Source: an uncultured Gemmatimonadales bacterium
Lineage (GTDB): Bacteria > Gemmatimonadota > Gemmatimonadetes > Gemmatimonadales > GWC2-71-9
Length of the DNA stretch: 64,000 bases
Direction: 5' to 3'
Assembly (NCBI GenBank): GCA_963828735.1
Contig: CAWHFW010000005.1
Coordinates: forward strand, 192,001-256,000
Positions within the stretch are counted from its first letter, which is position 1; each line of letters starts with the position of its first letter. Below the pieces are notes generated by a model. The model had not been told where the DNA came from and searched no databases. It saw only the letters and a list, made by a program, of their open reading frames with translations. Shown here piece after piece: positions 60,394 to 64,000 of this stretch. A program made the position numbers and the translations under genes.

Positions 60394-61265
60394 CGGTTCG
60401 TCCCAGCGCCTCGGTGCGCTCGCCCTCGCCTCGCCAGGCCGGCCTGCTGCCGGTCGACCTCGTCCTCCTCGGCTACCTCGGTATCGTGACCGTCGTCGCG
60501 ATCCGCCGCGCGCCGTCGCAGCCCGGGTGCTGGTGGCTGGTGGTCGCGAACGGCTTCGCGGCGCTGCTCGTCGCCCTTCTGAGCAGGCCAGGCCTCGGAC
60601 GCCTCGGCCAGGCGATCCGGGAGATCTATCCCCTGCTGCTCCTCGTCGGCCTCTACGGTCAGCTGGACGTCCTCAACCGCGGGGTCGTGCGGGCGCACGA
60701 CGCGCTGGTGCAGCACTGGGAGCTGACGCTGTTCGGCGCCCAGGTCAGCCGGGTCTGGTGGCAGGCCGCGCCGAGCGTGTTCTGGTCCACCGTGCTCCAC
60801 GGCGCGTACTTCGCCTACTACTTCATTATTACTGTCCCCGCCTGCTACTTCCTCTGGCGCGGCGACCTCGTCGCGGTCCGGCGGTTCGTGCTCACGGTGC
60901 TCACGACGTTCGTGCTCTGCTACCTGGTGTTCATCTTCTTCCCGGTGGCCGGACCCTACTACGTGTTCCCGCGACCGGCGGACTGGTTCGTGGCGAACCC
61001 GGCCGCGCGGCTGGTGTACGAGACGCTCGCGGAAGGCAGCTCCTACGGGGCGGCCTTTCCCAGCTCGCACGTCGCGGCCACGGTGGCGGCGGCGGTGACC
61101 GCGGCCATGGGGTCTCGACGCCTCGGCCTGTTGCTGCTCGTGCCGACCGTGCTGTTGACGGTGGGCGTGGTCTACTGCCAGATGCACTATGGCGTCGACG
61201 CGTTGGCCGGGCTTGCTGTCGGTGGACTCGTAGCGCTCGGAGCCTATCGGGTCCGCGTGGTCTGA
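60384..61265 (+). CDS. PAP2-superfamily membrane protein, Aur1/IPC-synthase-like
   Basis: Several TM segments; FPVAGP, AFPSSH (C2), HYGVD (C3); lacks the KxxxxxxRP C1 motif of PAP2 phosphatases. Confidence 0.75.
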   Translation: MAVAVRPSASVRSPSPRQAGLLPVDLVLLGYLGIVTVVAIRRAPSQPGCWWLVVANGFAALLVALLSRPGLGRLGQAIREIYPLLLLVGLYGQLDVLNRGVVRAHDALVQHWELTLFGAQVSRVWWQAAPSVFWSTVLHGAYFAYYFIITVPACYFLWRGDLVAVRRFVLTVLTTFVLCYLVFIFFPVAGPYYVFPRPADWFVANPAARLVYETLAEGSSYGAAFPSSHVAATVAAAVTAAMGSRRLGLLLLVPTVLLTVGVVYCQMHYGVDALAGLAVGGLVALGAYRVRVV

Positions 61266-61322
61266 AGCCGTCCGGGCGGCCTGCGGCCGGGACCGGAGGC
61301 CGCGACGATGATGGCGCGGATG

Positions 61323-61355
61323 AAAAAAAGGGGACTCCGTGGAGGAGTCCCCTTT
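61323..61355. terminator. Bidirectional Rho-independent terminator
   Basis: A7-GGGGACTCC-gtgga-GGAGTCCCC-TTT between convergent genes. Confidence 0.85.
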
Positions 61356-61377
61356 GCGTGCTCCGTTCCTTCGCGAA

Positions 61378-61857
61378 CTACTGAACGGTGATCTTGCCGT
61401 GCATGCCCAGCGCGAGGTGCGGAAGGCAGTAGAACTTGTAGTCACCCGTCGGAGCGCCGCTGAAGCTGACCTTGTATGTCCCATCCTGCTCGGTGAGCAG
61501 CGGGCCCTCGAGGGGCGCCATTTGATCGGGCATACCCGCCTTGAGCTTGTCTGCCGCACCGGCCGGAACACTGTCGGCCCAGAACGACACGTTGTGCGGG
61601 CCGCCGCTCTTGTTGTGAAACGTCACGACATCGCCGGACTTGATGGTCAGGTCGGACGGATCAAACTTGTAGGTGCTGCCCTCGAGCACCATGTTCACGT
61701 CGTGGTTGCCGCCGCCAGCGGCGTCAGGGGCAGCAGGCGCCGCTGCCGCCGGCTGTTCCGGGGCCGCAGTCGTCGTGGTTTGCTCGTCAGCCTTTTTCTC
61801 GCCACCGCAGGCTGCCAGAACGAGGGCCAGCCCCGCCACCATGGATGTCACACGCAT
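61378..61857 (-). CDS. Plastocyanin/halocyanin-like blue copper lipoprotein
   Basis: Lipobox LAAC, Ala/Pro linker, F.P..LTIK.GD, GPHNV, YKFYCLPHLALGM.G. Confidence 0.9.
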   Translation of the reverse strand: MRVTSMVAGLALVLAACGGEKKADEQTTTTAAPEQPAAAAPAAPDAAGGGNHDVNMVLEGSTYKFDPSDLTIKSGDVVTFHNKSGGPHNVSFWADSVPAGAADKLKAGMPDQMAPLEGPLLTEQDGTYKVSFSGAPTGDYKFYCLPHLALGMHGKITVQ

Positions 61858-61989
61858 CGCCGCTCTCGCCTCCGAAAACAGGAAAGTTGCCGACCTTGTG
61901 AACCCTTTCACAAGACCCCAAGTATACTCTGCTCCCCTCTGAAAGGAAGAGGGAGCCGCAGCGGCATCGCCGCGTTAGGTTAGGCTATC

Positions 61990-62808
61990 ATGACGATCTC
62001 CGCGCCGTCTCGCCCGCTTCGCCCTCCGACGGCTCAGAATGCGCCGCCCTGCCGCAGCCTCGGGGCCCAATGTCGCAGCCTCCGTGTCACGCTGCGCATC
62101 GGTGAGCTCGAGGAGGGCCCGGAGTCCCTGGACCACGAGGCGACCTGGCTCCTGGGCCACACCCAGAATATCGACTTTCTCGAGCTGTGGGAGGGTGAGG
62201 GCGACTTGTACGTCGATGCGGTGCTGCACGTGCCGTGTCGCTATCTGCACCAGGAAGGCGACGTCGCGCACTGCCGCGCGCATGGCTTCTCGGGCCCCGT
62301 GCCCCGCAGCCCTCGGCGTGAGCTACAGGCGCTCCAGCTCGGCGGGGACCGCTTCGTGGTAGTGGAGGGGTGCCAAAACACCGTCCGAAGCCTGCCGTTG
62401 CCGCCCCGCTCGCTTCCCGTCCTCGCGAGCGCGGCGGCGGCGGAGAACCCGTGCGCCACGGCGGCGTGCCGCACCGCCGACAACACGCGCAAGGCGGCGT
62501 GTTGCCGTGACCTGCAAGTGGAGATCATGTGCACCCGAGGGCAGCAGCGCCTCGAGGCTCTGGTGCGATCACGGCGTTCGCCGTACCTATGCAAGATCGA
62601 GCGGGGTGGTGATTACAGCCTCGAAGTCGAAATGATCTCCGCCTGCGGTTATCTCGAGGCCGACGGCGTCTCCTGCAGCCTGCATGGCCGCCATCGGCCC
62701 GACGGCCGCACGGCCAAGCCCGATCTGTGCTTCGAATGGCCCCCCAAGAACCGGGGACTCCATCCCGGCTGTATCTTCGGGCCGCGGCGTCGTGCCGCGC
62801 GCCGTTGA
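61990..62808 (+). CDS. Cys-rich protein with YkgJ (CxxCxxCC)-like metal-cluster domains
   Basis: 15 Cys; PCATAAC...AACCRD, CGYL...CSLHG...KPDLC, plus a weaker N-terminal copy (CRYL...CRAHG). Confidence 0.6.
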   Translation: MTISAPSRPLRPPTAQNAPPCRSLGAQCRSLRVTLRIGELEEGPESLDHEATWLLGHTQNIDFLELWEGEGDLYVDAVLHVPCRYLHQEGDVAHCRAHGFSGPVPRSPRRELQALQLGGDRFVVVEGCQNTVRSLPLPPRSLPVLASAAAAENPCATAACRTADNTRKAACCRDLQVEIMCTRGQQRLEALVRSRRSPYLCKIERGGDYSLEVEMISACGYLEADGVSCSLHGRHRPDGRTAKPDLCFEWPPKNRGLHPGCIFGPRRRAARR

Positions 62809-62915
62809 CGGGCGCAAGTGTGCAAGAATCTGGAGGTTGGCCGTCCCTTCTGGCGTTCCGGCCTCCCCGGTAGTTGAGCGGAGACCGCGCCTCGTTGGAC
62901 ATCTCTGGAGGGTCG

Positions 62916-63434
62916 GTGACTGACGACCTCGAACAGCTGTACCAGAGCACCTACACGGCCGTCGTTCGCTTCCTGTACCGCAAGGTATGGGACGCTGAGC
63001 GGGCGGAGGACCTGGCCCAGGAAGTCTTCGTTCGGGCCCTGTCGCACCGACCGGAGAAGCCACGCGCCTGGGTCTTCGCCGTGGCCGCGAACCTGGCACG
63101 TGACGAGGCGCGTGCGGCGATGCGGCGGAAGCGCCACTTGACGCTTCTCAAGGGCGACCCGATCGCGCAGCCCACGATCACGCCAGCTGCCGACGACACC
63201 GTGGAGCACGACGAGCAGATGGCCTCGGTCCAGGATGCCCTCAACACGCTCACCCCGAGGGACCGCGAGATCCTGCTGCTCTGGGATGCTGGCTTGAGCT
63301 ATCCCGAGATCGCGGCGCAGACAGGGTTGGCGGTCGGCGCCGTGGGAACGACGCTGGCGCGTGCGCGCCGTCGGCTGGTCGACGCGCATGATCGTCAGCA
63401 AACCCGAACGGGGACCGATGCGGCACATTCCTGA
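62916..63434 (+). CDS. ECF sigma-70 factor
   Basis: GGAGG RBS and GTG; AEDLAQEVFVRA, WVFAVAANLARD, LTPRDREILLL..AGLSYPEIA...VGTTLARARRRL. Confidence 0.93.
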   Translation: MTDDLEQLYQSTYTAVVRFLYRKVWDAERAEDLAQEVFVRALSHRPEKPRAWVFAVAANLARDEARAAMRRKRHLTLLKGDPIAQPTITPAADDTVEHDEQMASVQDALNTLTPRDREILLLWDAGLSYPEIAAQTGLAVGAVGTTLARARRRLVDAHDRQQTRTGTDAAHS

Positions 63435-64000
63435 GGACGAGCTGCACGCCTATCTGGACCAGGCGCTGAGCCGGACGCAGTGCGTCGAGATCGAAAGTCA
63501 TCTCGCCGACTGCCCGCCCTGCCGTGCCACCCGGGACGGCATCGCCGCGCTGCGGGACCGGACCACGGCGCTGCTGGCGCGCCTGGCGCCGCCTCCAGCA
63601 ATCCCGCCCGCGTTCGATCGCCTGCGGAGGCATGCCGCCGAGGTCGAGACGCGGCGGCGGCGCCGGATCCACGTCGTGGCCTGGGCCGCCAGTCTGGTCG
63701 CGGCGGTCGGGATCGGCTGGAGTGCGAGCTCGCTCCTGCGCACCAGCCAGGCGCGGCAAGCGACGTCCGCCGTGGCCCGCGCGTCCGACACGGCGGTGCG
63801 TACCCCGTCATCAGCTTCCATTCCCGCCCCTTCGATTCCCGCACCCAGCGCAGTTCCCGTGGCCGCCGAGCCCTCGCACCGGTCGCCGGTGGCCCGTCCG
63901 GCGCCCCCATCACCAGCGCGCACGGTGAAGCCGTCCTCCCGCCCACGCGAGGTCGTCGCGCCCTCGCAGGATTCCGCTCAGGCAGCCCGCGACGCCACGC
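63418..64000 (+). CDS. Zinc-finger (ZAS, zf-HC2) membrane anti-sigma factor (partial; runs off the right edge)
   Basis: Translated by hand from ATG 63418: MRHIPEDELHAYLDQAL...IESHLADCPPC (HxxxCxxC), then WAASLVAAVGIGW TM. Confidence 0.88.
   Translation, partial: MRHIPEDELHAYLDQALSRTQCVEIESHLADCPPCRATRDGIAALRDRTTALLARLAPPPAIPPAFDRLRRHAAEVETRRRRRIHVVAWAASLVAAVGIGWSASSLLRTSQARQATSAVARASDTAVRTPSSASIPAPSIPAPSAVPVAAEPSHRSPVARPAPPSPARTVKPSSRPREVVAPSQDSAQAARDAT

Overview
High-GC (roughly 70%) bacterial chromosomal window; the protein styles (eukaryote-like Ser/Thr kinase-TPR proteins, many short-signal lipoproteins) suggest Gemmatimonadota, which is inference only. From left to right: a partial PAS histidine kinase, a degenerate glycoside-hydrolase-like gene, a peroxiredoxin and sodA, an orphan mreB, two stand-alone receivers, and a porin divergent from an HTH-TOBE regulator plus modABC (modA and modB each carry a +1 frameshift). 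Next comes a CHRD / diheme cytochrome c / cupredoxin / DUF4142 / SufR-like module. A ~16 kb block (18346-34509) is bounded by tRNA-Ala(TGC) and a 24/25-nt copy of its 3' end, which suggests an integrase-less island carrying kinases and peptidases. After it lie a reductive pyrimidine catabolism cluster whose PreA lacks ferredoxin motifs and has no adjacent preT, a hemB-L-Y-C-D-E-F operon, and an exported soxY-soxZ-MBL hydrolase-rhodanese operon without other sox genes. The right end holds a translationally coupled candidate sphingolipid operon (spt, ceramide synthase, reductase, Aur1-like PAP2), a blue copper lipoprotein, a 15-Cys protein and an ECF sigma / zinc anti-sigma pair. Best novelty candidates are the sphingolipid operon with its putative head-group transferase, the mini-Sox sulfur relay, a twice-occurring unnamed ~90-aa protein family (LYPG...HFEFR), the tRNA-Ala island, and the plant-like PreA. 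No CRISPR array, rRNA, integrase or transposase was seen. All product calls come from motif recognition by eye; no database searches were run.
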